Source of the DNA: Marinilabiliales bacterium
Lineage (GTDB): Bacteria; Bacteroidota; Bacteroidia; Bacteroidales; SZUA-534
Direction of reading: 5' to 3'
DNA length: 64,000 nt
NCBI GenBank assembly: GCA_003512955.1
Contig: DOTG01000043.1
Location: forward strand, 5,564 to 69,563
Numbering within the stretch: the first letter of the stretch is position 1; each line of letters starts with the position of its first letter. This document shows positions 9,235-19,754 of this stretch, in pieces. Made by a program: the position numbers and the translations under genes. A model generated the notes under the pieces. The model saw only the letters and a list, made by a program, of their open reading frames with translations. It did not search any database and had not been told where the DNA came from.

Positions 9235-10686
9235 ATGGGAAAAGTCACTGGATTTTTAGAATATAAAAGGCAACTTCCGCCTAACAAACCGGTGGAACAA
9301 CGGATACAGGATTTCAACGAATTCGTGCTGCCGGTAACAAAAATAAACGTAGAGAAGCAAGCGGCCCGTTGCATGGATTGTGGTGTTCCTTTTTGTCACC
9401 ATGGATGTCCACTGGGCAACAACATCCCTGATTTTAACGATATGGTTTACAAAGAGAATTGGAAAGCTGCTTATAAAATACTTATTTCTACCAACAATTT
9501 TCCGGAATTTACCGGGCGGATATGTCCTGCCCCTTGCGAAACCTCATGCGTGCTCTCTATCAACAAAGAGGCTACTGCCATAGAGATGATTGAAAAAAAC
9601 ATTATTGAACGGGCTTTTAAAGAGGGTTGGGTTCGGCCAAACCTTCCTCTGTTACGCACCAATAAAAAGATAGCTGTAATTGGTTCAGGGCCATCCGGAT
9701 TGGCTGCTGCCAGTCAATTGAATTCAGCCGGGCATCAGGTAACCGTGTTTGAACGGGCCGACCGTATCGGTGGATTGTTGAGGTATGGCATCCCTGATTT
9801 TAAACTAGAGAAGAGCGTGTTGGATCGTAGGATTGAACTGATGAAAGAAGAAGGCATTGAATTCAAAACCGGGGTGAATGTGGGTGTTGATTATGCTGCC
9901 AAGGAATTAATTGGCGATTTCAATGCCATCCTGTTAACAGGAGGTTCTACCATTCCGCGCGACCTAAAAGCTAACGGACGCGAAGCCAAAGGGGTGCATT
10001 TTGCCATGGATTTTCTTACTCAACAAAACAAACGGTTGGCCGGTGATTATATTTCCGAAGACCAAGCCATAATAGCTACCGGAAAACAGGTTCTGGTGAT
10101 TGGCGGTGGCGATACCGGTTCTGACTGTGTGGGAACCTCCATTCGACAAGGAGCACTGAATGTCACCCAGATCGAGGTATTGCCCAAACCGGCCATTGGG
10201 AAAAACCCAAAAACCCCTTGGCCCGAATATCCGGCTATCTTGCGTACCAGTTCCTCGCAACAGGAAGGTTGCCAGCGGTTCTGGTCGGTGCAGACCAAAC
10301 AGTTCATCGCCGATGAACGGGGTCAGTTAAAGGCTGTGAAACTGGTGGATGTCCGTTGGGTAAATGGCGGGTTTGAGGAAATAAAGGATACCGAACGGGA
10401 AATCCCCTGCGACTTGGCATTTCTGTCCATTGGATTTGTACATCCGCAGCACGAGGGGCTGCTAACCCAATTGGGCGTGCAAATCGATGAACGGGGAAAC
10501 GTGAAAACCCGAAAATTCCATACCTCCAAAGAGGGTGTGTTTGCAGCCGGGGATATGCGTCGGGGACAATCACTGGTGGTGCATGCCATCAGCGAAGGCC
10601 GCGAAGCCGCCCGCGAAATCGACATTTATCTGACGGGCACCTCGGTGTTGGACTCAAAAAATCATTCCCTAATCAATATCCGGTAG
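9235..10686 (+). CDS. gltD: Glutamate synthase small subunit
   Basis: RCMDCGVPFC, GRICPAPCE, GSGPSGL, GGGDTGSDC; directly after gltB. Confidence 0.97.
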   Translation: MGKVTGFLEYKRQLPPNKPVEQRIQDFNEFVLPVTKINVEKQAARCMDCGVPFCHHGCPLGNNIPDFNDMVYKENWKAAYKILISTNNFPEFTGRICPAPCETSCVLSINKEATAIEMIEKNIIERAFKEGWVRPNLPLLRTNKKIAVIGSGPSGLAAASQLNSAGHQVTVFERADRIGGLLRYGIPDFKLEKSVLDRRIELMKEEGIEFKTGVNVGVDYAAKELIGDFNAILLTGGSTIPRDLKANGREAKGVHFAMDFLTQQNKRLAGDYISEDQAIIATGKQVLVIGGGDTGSDCVGTSIRQGALNVTQIEVLPKPAIGKNPKTPWPEYPAILRTSSSQQEGCQRFWSVQTKQFIADERGQLKAVKLVDVRWVNGGFEEIKDTEREIPCDLAFLSIGFVHPQHEGLLTQLGVQIDERGNVKTRKFHTSKEGVFAAGDMRRGQSLVVHAISEGREAAREIDIYLTGTSVLDSKNHSLINIR

Positions 10687-10715
10687 GTTCTTTTGGTTTA
10701 TCCTTCATAGTTGGT

Positions 10716-10748
10716 AAAAGCCCTGGTAGTATGCGTCGGGGCTTTTTT
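10716..10748 (+). terminator. Intrinsic terminator after gltD
   Basis: AAAAGCCCTGG...TCGGGGCTTTTTT hairpin. Confidence 0.65.
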
Positions 10749-10845
10749 GTATGTTGGAAATAGTCTGTTAGGGTTGCAATATGGGTTAAATGTGTTGTTA
10801 AAACAGAATTTATTTGGATTAAAATTTCTTGTGAACTCCGTTTCC

Positions 10846-12492
10846 TTAGTCCCGGGTTACATCAAAAACCAATTTTCCATTGCTATAAGTTTGTTCTACC
10901 TTAATATTAGGAATCTCTTGAACAGGAACTGAAAGCAGATCTTGCGATAAAACTACAAAATCAGCCAGCTTTCCCTTTTCGATACTGCCTTTTTCCTTTT
11001 CCTCGAATTGACCTTTGGCTGCCCAAATAGTCATTGCTTTTAGAGCCTGCATCCGTGATAATTGTTGCTTTGGATAGAATCCGCCATTGGGGATTCCATT
11101 CAAATCCTGACGGGTAATGGCTGAATAATAGCCTAAAAGTGGATTTATGTCTTCAATCGGAAAATCGGAACCGTTAATGAGCCATTCATTTTGTTTTAAT
11201 AAATCCTGCCAAATATAGGCATGTTGAATCCGTCCGGGGCCTAACCGTTCAGGGGCCCAACCCATGTCGGAGGTGCAATGGGTAGTTTGCACGCTCGGGA
11301 TAACACTGAATTGTTTGTAATGTTTCAAATCGTTGGGATTCACCACCTGGGCATGTTCAATACGCCACCGGTAATCGTTTTTACCGTTTAAGACGGAGCC
11401 ATAAATTTGTAACATCAACCGGTTGGCTGAATCTCCAACGCAATGCGTATTTACCTGGTAATTATATTCGTAGGCTAACTCACATAACGAGGTCAGGCTA
11501 TCGGGGGATTCCAGCAATAACCCATAATTGGTTGGATCGTCGGTATAGGGTTCTAATAAACAAGCGCCTCGAGAACCCAGCGCACCATCGGCATATAACT
11601 TCAATGAACGGATGGTAAGGTTTGCCGTTTGATAAAACCCTTTTTTTAGATAGTTTTCAATGTTCTCTTTTGAAGGGGCAATCATTGCATAAATTCTCAT
11701 AAGCAGTTGATTCTTCTTTTGTAAAGAATCAATCAGTTGGATTTCCTCATATTCCAGCCCCGCGTCGCCTACTGAGGTTAAACCTACTGCAAAACAATTT
11801 TGCTGAGCTTTTAACAATCCCGTGGTTTGAGTAGGCAGGTCTGCCTTAGGCATGAATTCCAATACTTTATCCACAGCTTTATCGGTAAGTAATCCTGTCG
11901 GTTTTCCGTTTTCCGCAAGTATCTTTCCGCCTTTAATTTTGGTTGTGGTGTTGATACCGGCAAGCATCAGGGCTTTTTGGTTGGCAATAGCTGCATGGCC
12001 ATCAATACGGCGGAGTAACACGGGAACATCGGGAAATGCTTGATTTAACAGTTCATTGGTGGGAAAATCCCTGGTTCCCCACAGGTTCTGATCCCACCCC
12101 CGGCCGATGATCCACGCCATCGGAAATTCCTGATGGTGTTTTTTTGTCCGCTCTACCACTTCGGTAAACGACAGGGCTCCCCGCAGATCTACCTGAGTCA
12201 GGGTCAACCCATACCCATAAAAGTGGCAATGAGGATCGATAAACCCGGGATAAATATATTTCCCTTTCAGATCAAGAACCTGATCGCTATAATATTGCGC
12301 GTTGATGGTGGCATCGGGGCCTACAGCCACAAAACGGCCATCGAGCACTGCAATGCCCTGGACCACGGTAAAGTTTTTGTCAACCGTGTATATTTTTGCA
12401 TTTTTAATAATCAAATCGGCTTTCTGTTTAAACTTACACGAGGTCATCGTTAACCCTCCCAGTATTAAAAGCCACGTAAAGATCCGGTTCAT
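10846..12492 (-). CDS. YtcJ-like amidohydrolase (Amidohydro_3), probable lipoprotein
   Basis: PGFIDPHCH, ADGALGSRGA, HCVGD, RIEHAQ, GSDFP motifs; signal ending TSC. Confidence 0.9.
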   Translation of the reverse strand: MNRIFTWLLILGGLTMTSCKFKQKADLIIKNAKIYTVDKNFTVVQGIAVLDGRFVAVGPDATINAQYYSDQVLDLKGKYIYPGFIDPHCHFYGYGLTLTQVDLRGALSFTEVVERTKKHHQEFPMAWIIGRGWDQNLWGTRDFPTNELLNQAFPDVPVLLRRIDGHAAIANQKALMLAGINTTTKIKGGKILAENGKPTGLLTDKAVDKVLEFMPKADLPTQTTGLLKAQQNCFAVGLTSVGDAGLEYEEIQLIDSLQKKNQLLMRIYAMIAPSKENIENYLKKGFYQTANLTIRSLKLYADGALGSRGACLLEPYTDDPTNYGLLLESPDSLTSLCELAYEYNYQVNTHCVGDSANRLMLQIYGSVLNGKNDYRWRIEHAQVVNPNDLKHYKQFSVIPSVQTTHCTSDMGWAPERLGPGRIQHAYIWQDLLKQNEWLINGSDFPIEDINPLLGYYSAITRQDLNGIPNGGFYPKQQLSRMQALKAMTIWAAKGQFEEKEKGSIEKGKLADFVVLSQDLLSVPVQEIPNIKVEQTYSNGKLVFDVTRD

Positions 12493-12722
12493 AGTCAAGT
12501 GTTAGATGCTTTCATAAAGCAGGCCATCAACCAACAAATGGTAAGCATTGAATTATTTTGAGCGCAAATATAAGAACTTTAGTTTCAACATAAAAGTGGC
12601 ATAAATACCTACCTTTCTGACCCTTTGGGCAGGCAATTTAGAAAGGAGGAGGTGATGTTAAAAATCAGGCAGATGGCATTTAATCAAAAGATAGATGCAT
12701 TATCTTTACAAAAAATACTGTA

Positions 12723-13079
12723 ATGAATATTGAAGACATCCGGGCCTATTGCCTGCAAAAGAAAGGAACCGAAGAGACTTTTCCTTTCGATGAGGTAACC
12801 CTCGTGTTTAAAGTCATGGGGAAAATGTTTGCACTTACCAGCCTCGATGGGGATTTATCAATTAACTTAAAGTGCGATCCCACATTGATTCCTGAACTCC
12901 GCGAGACCTATCCAGCCGTATTGCCGGGCTACCACATGAACAAAAACCATTGGAATACCGTGCAAATTGATGGGAGCATCCCCCGGAAGTTGATTGAGGA
13001 ATGGATTGACCATAGCTATGATTTAGTGGTGAAGTCGTTGACCAAAAAACTCAGGGCCGAGCTGGAAGACCGAAGTTAG
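12723..13079 (+). CDS. MmcQ/YjbR family DNA-binding protein
   Basis: FKVMGKMFAL, NLKCDP, PGYHMNKNHWNTV, IDHSYDLV. Confidence 0.92.
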   Translation: MNIEDIRAYCLQKKGTEETFPFDEVTLVFKVMGKMFALTSLDGDLSINLKCDPTLIPELRETYPAVLPGYHMNKNHWNTVQIDGSIPRKLIEEWIDHSYDLVVKSLTKKLRAELEDRS

Positions 13080-13194
13080 AAATTAGAAACTAGAGACTAG
13101 AAACCAGCAACCAGTTACAGACAAAATACAATTCTTATCTTAAATCTCTAACTCTAACATCTATTTTCTAAACTCTAATTTCTATTCTCTAAAT
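13074..13194. repeat. Inverted arrays of 7-bp tandem repeats with no gene between them
   Basis: Left AGTTAGA-AATTAGA-AACTAGA-GACTAGA-AACCAGC-AACCAGT (13074-13115); right TCTAACA-TCTATTT-TCTAAAC-TCTAATT-TCTATTC-TCTAAAT (13153-13194). Confidence 0.8.
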
Positions 13195-13200
13195 TCCGAC

Positions 13201-13208
13201 TATCTTTG
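13201..13208 (+). promoter_or_regulatory. Bacteroidota -7 promoter element of gltX
   Basis: TATCTTTG, 17 nt before the ATG. Confidence 0.6.
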
Positions 13209-13225
13209 CGCAAAATTGAAAAAGC

Positions 13226-14749
13226 ATGAGCGAGAGAAGAGTACGGGTAAGGTTTGCGCCAAGCCCCACAGGACCACTACATATGGGGGGTGTACGTACC
13301 GCCCTTTTCAATTACCTGTTTGCCAAAAAGCATGGAGGCGATTTTTTGCTCCGTATCGAAGATACCGACCAAACACGGTTTGTTCCGGGTGCTGAAGAGT
13401 ATATTATGGAAAGCTTGGAATGGTGCGGGATAAAGGTAGATGAGGGCATCCGTGAAGGCGGGAACTATGGTCCTTATCGGCAGTCAGAACGGCGGGAGAT
13501 ATATAAAAAATATGCCGATCAGTTAATCGCCAGTGGTAATGCCTATTATGCCTTCGATTCACCTAAGGAGTTGGATGTACTCCGTAAAGAAGCCGAGGAG
13601 ATAAAAGAGACTTTTACCTATAATGCAGCCACCCGTGGACAATTGAAAAATTCATTGACTTTATCTTCTACTGAGGTTGAAAAACACTTGCTGTCAGGTA
13701 ACGCGTATGTCATACGGTTTAAAATGCCCATAAACCACGAGGTGGTTATGCAGGATATTATCCGTGGTGAAGTCCGCGTGAATACCGATACATTGGACGA
13801 CAAAGTGCTGTTCAAATCGGATGGCCTGCCTACCTATCATTTAGCCAATATTGTAGATGACCATTTGATGGAAATTACGCACGTGATCCGTGGGGAAGAA
13901 TGGTTACCTTCGCTTCCCTTGCATGTGTTGTTATATCAATCATTTGGATGGGAAACCACCATGCCCAAATTCTCGCACCTGCCCCTTTTGTTGAAACCTA
14001 CGGGTAACGGAAAACTGAGCAAACGCGATGGCGACAAAATGGGATTCCCTGTTTTTCCACTCTTTTGGAAATCGGAAGAGGGCGAAACTGCCATGGGTTA
14101 CCGCGAAGAGGGATACTTCCCCGATGCGTTTGTAAACCTGTTGGCACTTTTGGGATGGAACCCGGGCACCGAACAGGAGATTTTTACCATGGACGAACTG
14201 ATTCAATTGTTTAGCTTGGAACGGGTCACCAAATCAGGATCCAAATTCGATCCCAAAAAGGCGGAATGGTTCAATCACCAATACATGCTGATGAAATCAA
14301 ATGCCGAACTGGTGCAATTGTACCTCCCTATTTTAAAACAAAAGGGGATTGAGACCAGCCCTGCAAAAGTTGAACGGATTGTTGGATTGATTAAAGACCG
14401 GACCCGCTTTGTGAAAGAGTTTTGGGAACAGTCTTCCTTCTTTTTTGAAGCACCCACCAGCTACGATCCTGAGATTATTAAGAAACGCTGGAAAGAGGGA
14501 ATCCCCGGGCAATTAACATCTGTTAAAGATGTAATGGCACATGTAACCGACTTTAACGGGATAAATGCAAAAGCAGCAGTTTCCGCTTGCATCGAAGGAA
14601 ACGGCTGGAACTTTGGTTCTATTATAAATACACTGCGGTTGTGTTTGGTAGGAGCCAGCAAAGGACCCGACTTGTTCGAGATTATGGAGATTATTGGCAA
14701 AGAGGAAACCATTCAGCGTATTGACACGGCTGTAAGAACTATAAAATAG
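13226..14749 (+). CDS. gltX: Glutamate--tRNA ligase
   Basis: [16 protein letters not shown] (HIGH motif), [19 protein letters not shown] (KMSKS motif). Confidence 0.98.
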   Translation: MSERRVRVRFAPSPTGPLHMGGVRTALFNYLFAKKHGGDFLLRIEDTDQTRFVPGAEEYIMESLEWCGIKVDEGIREGGNYGPYRQSERREIYKKYADQLIASGNAYYAFDSPKELDVLRKEAEEIKETFTYNAATRGQLKNSLTLSSTEVEKHLLSGNAYVIRFKMPINHEVVMQDIIRGEVRVNTDTLDDKVLFKSDGLPTYHLANIVDDHLMEITHVIRGEEWLPSLPLHVLLYQSFGWETTMPKFSHLPLLLKPTGNGKLSKRDGDKMGFPVFPLFWKSEEGETAMGYREEGYFPDAFVNLLALLGWNPGTEQEIFTMDELIQLFSLERVTKSGSKFDPKKAEWFNHQYMLMKSNAELVQLYLPILKQKGIETSPAKVERIVGLIKDRTRFVKEFWEQSSFFFEAPTSYDPEIIKKRWKEGIPGQLTSVKDVMAHVTDFNGINAKAAVSACIEGNGWNFGSIINTLRLCLVGASKGPDLFEIMEIIGKEETIQRIDTAVRTIK

Positions 14750-14896
14750 AATCAGATAGTAAACGATATTAAATGGCTAATGGCTTTACTTTATAAGGGG
14801 TTTGCCGTTTTTCACAAGATTATGGTTGATGTATGCAATAAAAAAGCATCATGGGATATTTTCACGACTAGTTCAACCCGCTAACAATAGGAACCA

Positions 14897-16144
14897 ATGA
14901 ACATAAATTATTCAAAACCAAACTCTTGTTTTCTGAGCCGGACAAAGGTACTTATTACATGCTGTATTATCGCCACAACTTCCTTTGCACAAGGAACCCC
15001 GGAAGTGGTACCGGACTATAAAGAACTGCCGGAAATAAAATGGGTGTTTCAAACAGGGCAACCCATCTATTCTTCTCCCATTGTAAGCGATAACCTTGTT
15101 TATTTTGGGGGCCTCGATAGCCTTTTACACGCGGTAGATATTACTTCAGGAGAGGAAGCCTGGCAGTTTCGCACCAACGGCGAAATACGGTCGGATGTGT
15201 GTATCGACCACGGCCAACTGTATTTGAATGGCGGCGATGGCTTCTTGTATGCCCTTGATAAAAAGGATGGAAGCTTCCTTTGGAAATTGGGTACCAATGG
15301 TGAACGGAAGTATGATTTTGCCGATTATTTTCATTCAACACCCATCGTGAACCAACACATCGTCTATTTTGGTTCCGGTGATGGAAACCTATATGCTGTT
15401 CACACAGGCACTGGTACTTTGACCTGGAAGTTTCAAACCGGAGATGTGGTTCATACTAAACCCGCCATCAGCCATAACAAAATATTTGTCGGTTCCTTTG
15501 ATGGTTTTGTGTATGCCCTTGATATAACAAACGGAGCCCTGGTATGGAAATTTAAAACAGTCGGGCACCGGTATTTTCCAATAGGAGAAGTTCAGGGTTC
15601 TCCTTCGGTTTATAAGAATCTGGTCATTGTTGGGGCCCGCGATTACAACGTATATGCCCTTGACCAGGAAAAAGGTTTCTGCCACTGGAATAAAGCCTTT
15701 GCCAAGGGATGGGGATTAAACAACAACCTGCACGATTCTATTTTATATATTGGTTCGGCCGATGAACGGGTGCTTGTTGCTGCCGAACCTGAAACTGGTA
15801 AAGAATTCTGGCGAAAAGGCATGGAATTTCTCGTCTTTGGTAACAATGCCTATAGTGAAAACATGCTTTACCTTGGGACTACCATCGGGAAACTTCATGG
15901 CATCCAATTAATTTCAGGGGAAAAAAGCTGGAGTTTTGAAACAGGTACTTACCAGAAAAACCGGCTCATGTATTTCAACGATGACGATTCTTATCGGGCG
16001 GATATATATTCCATTATCCATTCGAACGAGGAATTTCTGGAGGTAGAAGTGAAACTCGGGGGAATCTTTTCAACCCCATACATTTCCAATGACGGTCTCC
16101 TTTTTACAAGTACCAATGGCAACTTGTATTGTTTTAAAAGATAA
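14897..16144 (+). CDS. Exported PQQ-like beta-propeller repeat protein (BamB-like fold)
   Basis: Repeated G..DG..YA.D..TG...W.F.T blades; signal peptide ending SFAQ. Confidence 0.85.
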   Translation: MNINYSKPNSCFLSRTKVLITCCIIATTSFAQGTPEVVPDYKELPEIKWVFQTGQPIYSSPIVSDNLVYFGGLDSLLHAVDITSGEEAWQFRTNGEIRSDVCIDHGQLYLNGGDGFLYALDKKDGSFLWKLGTNGERKYDFADYFHSTPIVNQHIVYFGSGDGNLYAVHTGTGTLTWKFQTGDVVHTKPAISHNKIFVGSFDGFVYALDITNGALVWKFKTVGHRYFPIGEVQGSPSVYKNLVIVGARDYNVYALDQEKGFCHWNKAFAKGWGLNNNLHDSILYIGSADERVLVAAEPETGKEFWRKGMEFLVFGNNAYSENMLYLGTTIGKLHGIQLISGEKSWSFETGTYQKNRLMYFNDDDSYRADIYSIIHSNEEFLEVEVKLGGIFSTPYISNDGLLFTSTNGNLYCFKR

Positions 16145-16208
16145 CTTCACTAGAGATTAAACATTCATGCTGGATCCGGGGTTATTAATATCCGATATTT
16201 AAATATTT

Positions 16209-16347
16209 CCTAAATTCCGCAAGTAAAATAGTAATGGTTATGAAAATGAAGTATTTAACCGTGGCACAGCTTCACTAAAATAAATGGGAGAAAGATGATT
16301 AGAACTCTCATATTCAATACCGCCGCACCGCGTTTGCGTAGTTAAGG
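16209..16347. mobile_element. MITE-like element, family A
   Basis: Ends CCTAAATTCCGCAA and TTGCGTAGTTAAGG (11/14 inverted match); flanks TATTT and TATTC (4/5); left end matches that of 2293-2407 at 13/14. Confidence 0.55.
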
Positions 16348-16376
16348 TATTCAAACAAATATTTAATATATACAGT

Positions 16377-17027
16377 ATGGCTACAGACGAACGTCATTTA
16401 TACAGGCAGGCCTACCTGCTCAGCCTGTTTACTATTTTCTATAACATCATCGAAGGGGTGGTGTCCATGACATTGGGCTATTCCGACGAGACCATTGCCC
16501 TGTTTGGATTTGGGGTGGATAGTTTTATTGAAGTTATGTCAGGAATCGGAATTGCAATAATGATATTGCGCATCCAACAAAACCCCGGCAGTTTCAAAAG
16601 CGGTTTCGAGATAAAAGCCCTTAAACTAACAGGAATAGCGTTTTACCTATTCTCGGTGGGCTTGCTGGCAGGTATCGCGGTAAACGTGCTTAACCACCAC
16701 AAACCCGAAACTACCCTCTGGGGCATCGTTATATCATTGATTTCAATTACCGTAATGGTATGGCTGATGTCTGCCAAAAAGAAGATCGGAAAACAGCTAC
16801 ATTCCGAACCCATTGTCGCCGACGCGGACTGCACCCGGGTTTGTGTTTACATGTCGCTTGTTTTACTTGCCTCAAGCTTAATTTACGAACTCACCGGCTT
16901 CGCTTATGCCGATGTAATTGGCGCCGCAGGTCTGATCTATTTTTCAATCTCCGAAGGCCGTGAAGCCTTTGAGAAAGCAAAAGAGAAAGAATGCAGTTGT
17001 GGTTGTCATTGCGAAACCGACAAATAA
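16377..17027 (+). CDS. Cation-diffusion-facilitator-like membrane protein (TM domain only)
   Basis: YNIIEG, FGVDSFIE, ADA..T..C, (W/Y)AD motifs; about 6 TM segments; Cys/His tail CSCGCHC. Confidence 0.8.
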   Translation: MATDERHLYRQAYLLSLFTIFYNIIEGVVSMTLGYSDETIALFGFGVDSFIEVMSGIGIAIMILRIQQNPGSFKSGFEIKALKLTGIAFYLFSVGLLAGIAVNVLNHHKPETTLWGIVISLISITVMVWLMSAKKKIGKQLHSEPIVADADCTRVCVYMSLVLLASSLIYELTGFAYADVIGAAGLIYFSISEGREAFEKAKEKECSCGCHCETDK

Positions 17028-17399
17028 CCCCAAGGCAAAAGAAACAGTTGGCAGGACCGTCCGTTTCAGGTGCTCACTTTTCCGGATACCTTCTGTAGGC
17101 TTTTTTTGAGACTTGCAGATAGCTATTTGCTATGAGGAGATAATATTCAGGAGGCACAAGTAAATCTACGCTTCCTGTTTATTGATAATAAGATGTAATT
17201 CCATTGGGGCTTTAGTTTTATAGCCAAAAAGGAATGCAAAAGGTTGGGCATTAAATAACAGATTAAGAGCCGCAGGTAAATGCGGACGACCGTACCCGCA
17301 ACAAAGAGAGAACCTATTTCTTCTATCTTTCTAGGGAAATTTCCCATGATTGGCAATTTTCGGTACTAACATACGTTTCTAAGCAATAAAACCTACAAA

Positions 17400-17978
17400 A
17401 TGATCAGTGAAGTAAAGATTTTAAAGACCGAAGTTCTCTCCGACAACTGGTATGTATTAAGAAAAATAACCTATGAATATGTAAAAAAAGACGGGACGGC
17501 TCAGACCCAGACCCGTGAAGCCTACGACCGGGGGAATGGGGCAACCATCTTATTGTACAACAAGTTGCAGAAAACCGTAATTCTTACCCGGCAATTCAGG
17601 CTCCCGACTTATATAAACGGAAACAAATCAGGGATGCTGATTGAAGCCTGTGCCGGTTTGTTAGACAAAGAAAACGCGGAAGACTGCATCCGGCGGGAGA
17701 CCGAAGAAGAAACAGGCTACAAAGTGTCATCGGTTCAAAAAATATTTGAAGCCTATATGTCGCCAGGTTCAGTTACTGAAATTCTGCATTTCTTTATTGC
17801 CGAATATTTCAATGAAATGAAAGTTGGGGAAGGGGGTGGCCTGGAACACGAAGAAGAAAATATCGAGGTGCTGGAAATTGATTTTGAACAGGCCCTACAA
17901 ATGATTCACCGTGGCGAAATCAAAGACGGAAAAACAATCATGCTTCTCCAATACATCAAACTTCATGAAATTTTATAA
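17400..17978 (+). CDS. nudK: GDP-mannose pyrophosphatase NudK-type Nudix hydrolase
   Basis: [24 protein letters not shown], Nudix box GLLD...[30 protein letters not shown]. Confidence 0.92.
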   Translation: MISEVKILKTEVLSDNWYVLRKITYEYVKKDGTAQTQTREAYDRGNGATILLYNKLQKTVILTRQFRLPTYINGNKSGMLIEACAGLLDKENAEDCIRRETEEETGYKVSSVQKIFEAYMSPGSVTEILHFFIAEYFNEMKVGEGGGLEHEEENIEVLEIDFEQALQMIHRGEIKDGKTIMLLQYIKLHEIL

Positions 17979-18352
17979 TGAAAACAGGCAAACCCTTATT
18001 AATCCTTATAACCGGACCTTACCGCTCAGGAACCAATGATAATCCGGTTTTGATTGAGGCAAACGTAAAAGCAATGACAGACACCGCGCTGGAAGTATAT
18101 AACATGGGGCACATGCCCGTTTTGGGAGAATGGTTTGCTTTGCCGCTTATTGAAGCCGCCGGCTCGGAAAAAGTTGGAGACGGTATCTTTAACAGGATTT
18201 TTCACCCCGTTGCCGTGAAACTGATAGATTATTGCGACGCCGTTTTAAGAATTGGCGGGGCATCAACGGGTGCCGACAAAATGGTATCGGCAGCACAAGC
18301 AAAGGGCAAAATAATCTTCCGTAACAAAACGGAACTGCCAATCATGGAATAA
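17978..18352 (+). CDS. DUF4406-like protein (nucleoside deoxyribosyltransferase-type fold), translationally coupled to nudK
   Basis: ILITGPYRSG, GHMPVLGEW, CDAVLRIGGASTGAD; TAATG stop/start overlap. Confidence 0.75.
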   Translation: MKTGKPLLILITGPYRSGTNDNPVLIEANVKAMTDTALEVYNMGHMPVLGEWFALPLIEAAGSEKVGDGIFNRIFHPVAVKLIDYCDAVLRIGGASTGADKMVSAAQAKGKIIFRNKTELPIME

Positions 18353-18611
18353 AGAACGGAGTGCTGCTAATTAAGTCTTGACCCGCCCCAGCCAGTTGGA
18401 CATTCCTTTTTGCCATGTGGGATTGCATTTGGGAAGTTGCCCATACCTTGCAATCGGTTTTCCATTTCATTTTATGCAACGTTTATTCTATTCAACCTGT
18501 TTACGTTTCTTGTTGACAGGTTTTTAACTTCTTATTGTTTATAGATGCCATTGGTTATTGTTTTTGTGGCAAATTGTTCTATTTTTGATAACAGTTATTG
18601 AAATAATTTAA

Positions 18612-18848
18612 CTTGAACCGACCAAAAAAAGAAACGACACATGCCAACTAAACCCTTACGAACCTATTTATACAGCTAAAAATGGGGAGATAAAGTCAAT
18701 TAACTGAGCTTATTTGGGAGTTCGGTGTTATATTAAGAGGGACAGCAATGAAAATAATGGACCCACTTATTTTGGCCTTGATAAAAAAACGTTTTTAGAA
18801 TTTCTTGAAGTTGGAAAGAGAAAATATAATGAACAGAATGACAAATAA
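18612..18848 (+). pseudogene. Possible decayed gene remnant ending just before an attC-like site
   Basis: One frame reads LEPTKKRN...KSIN*AYLGVRCY...KYNEQNDK* with a single internal TGA (18705-18707); the final TAA lies 6 nt before ACCTAAC. Confidence 0.3.
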
Positions 18849-18854
18849 ACACAC

Positions 18855-19012
18855 ACCTAACAGCGCCTATGCCCAAAGCGGGTTTACCTTCGGTGAGCTC
18901 CCTTTGGTCGGTTCGGAGGTTGGTGAGCGGTAGTTCCCGATGGAAAGGTTTGTAATCTGCCCGGTGGAAATCTCCGCAAACCACAACACTTCATTACATG
19001 CGGCTGTTGTAG
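18855..19012 (+). other. attC-like recombination site
   Basis: Starts ACCTAAC (RYYYAAC) and ends GTTGTAG; AACAGC/GCTGTT terminal pairing; 18868-18912 matches the reverse complement of 62357-62401 at 39/45. Confidence 0.55.
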
Positions 19013-19050
19013 CACATTTTAAAAACGGCACACCTTAAAAAAACAGAAAA

Positions 19051-19620
19051 ATGGAAGATAAACTTTTTGATTATATTTCAAGGTACATGATAGTTTCTGA
19101 AGAAGAAAAGAAAGCAATTATTGACTTAGATATTTTCAGAAATTACAAAAAAGGAACAATATTACTGACAGAAGGACAGCAGTCGGATGATGGCTATTTT
19201 GTTATCAAAGGTTGTATAAGATGCTATTATATTATTGACGGTGAAGAGAAAACCACTGCTTTTTACCCCGAATCGGAAACGCTTGCCCCCCTTTGCAGTG
19301 TCAATAAAAAACCATCGGAATATTACGTATCCTGTGTTGAAGATTCCATTTTAATAGTCTCAAATCCTGAAATGGAAAAAACCATATTCGAAAGATTTCC
19401 CCGTTTCGAAACACTTTGCCGCATTTTATCCGAAGAACTATTGGCTAAGAACCAAGCATCATTTGACGGTTTCAAGACATCTACTCCCGAACAGCGCTAT
19501 TTGAATCTGCTTAAAACAAGACCCGATTTATTGCAAAGGGTACCCCAGTACCAAATTGCCAGTTACCTTGGAATAGAACCACAGTCATTAAGCCGTATCC
19601 GAAAGAGATTGGTAAAATAA
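19051..19620 (+). CDS. Crp/Fnr family transcriptional regulator
   Basis: cNMP-binding-like domain and C-terminal HTH QRVPQYQIASYLGIEPQSLSRIRK. Confidence 0.93.
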   Translation: MEDKLFDYISRYMIVSEEEKKAIIDLDIFRNYKKGTILLTEGQQSDDGYFVIKGCIRCYYIIDGEEKTTAFYPESETLAPLCSVNKKPSEYYVSCVEDSILIVSNPEMEKTIFERFPRFETLCRILSEELLAKNQASFDGFKTSTPEQRYLNLLKTRPDLLQRVPQYQIASYLGIEPQSLSRIRKRLVK

Positions 19621-19686
19621 CGCAACCTGTTTTTCATTTCTCAGAGCTTTGACATACTTTCCCCCCCTCCTTTCACCCCTCCTTTT

Positions 19687-19700
19687 TTAACTTAAGTGAA
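19687..19700 (+). promoter_or_regulatory. Candidate operator for the adjacent Crp/Fnr regulator
   Basis: Near-palindrome TTAACTTAAGTGAA about 22 nt upstream of a weak -7 element (CAATTTTG, 19723-19730). Confidence 0.4.
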
Positions 19701-19754
19701 CGAAATGAGAAATTGTTTGCCGCAATTTTGTAGCATAATTTAAAGCAATATATT

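Noticed and set aside
10711-10932. 73-aa ORF after gltD
   Set aside because: It runs through a terminator hairpin, overlaps the amidohydrolase 3' end and has a non-ATG start.
17030-17399. Riboswitch upstream of nudK
   Set aside because: Only fragments such as TTCAGGTGC resemble known aptamers; no complete cobalamin, glycine, TPP or fluoride consensus is present.
18733-18984. 83-aa minus-strand ORF
   Set aside because: It mostly overlaps the attC-like element and is better explained as non-coding.
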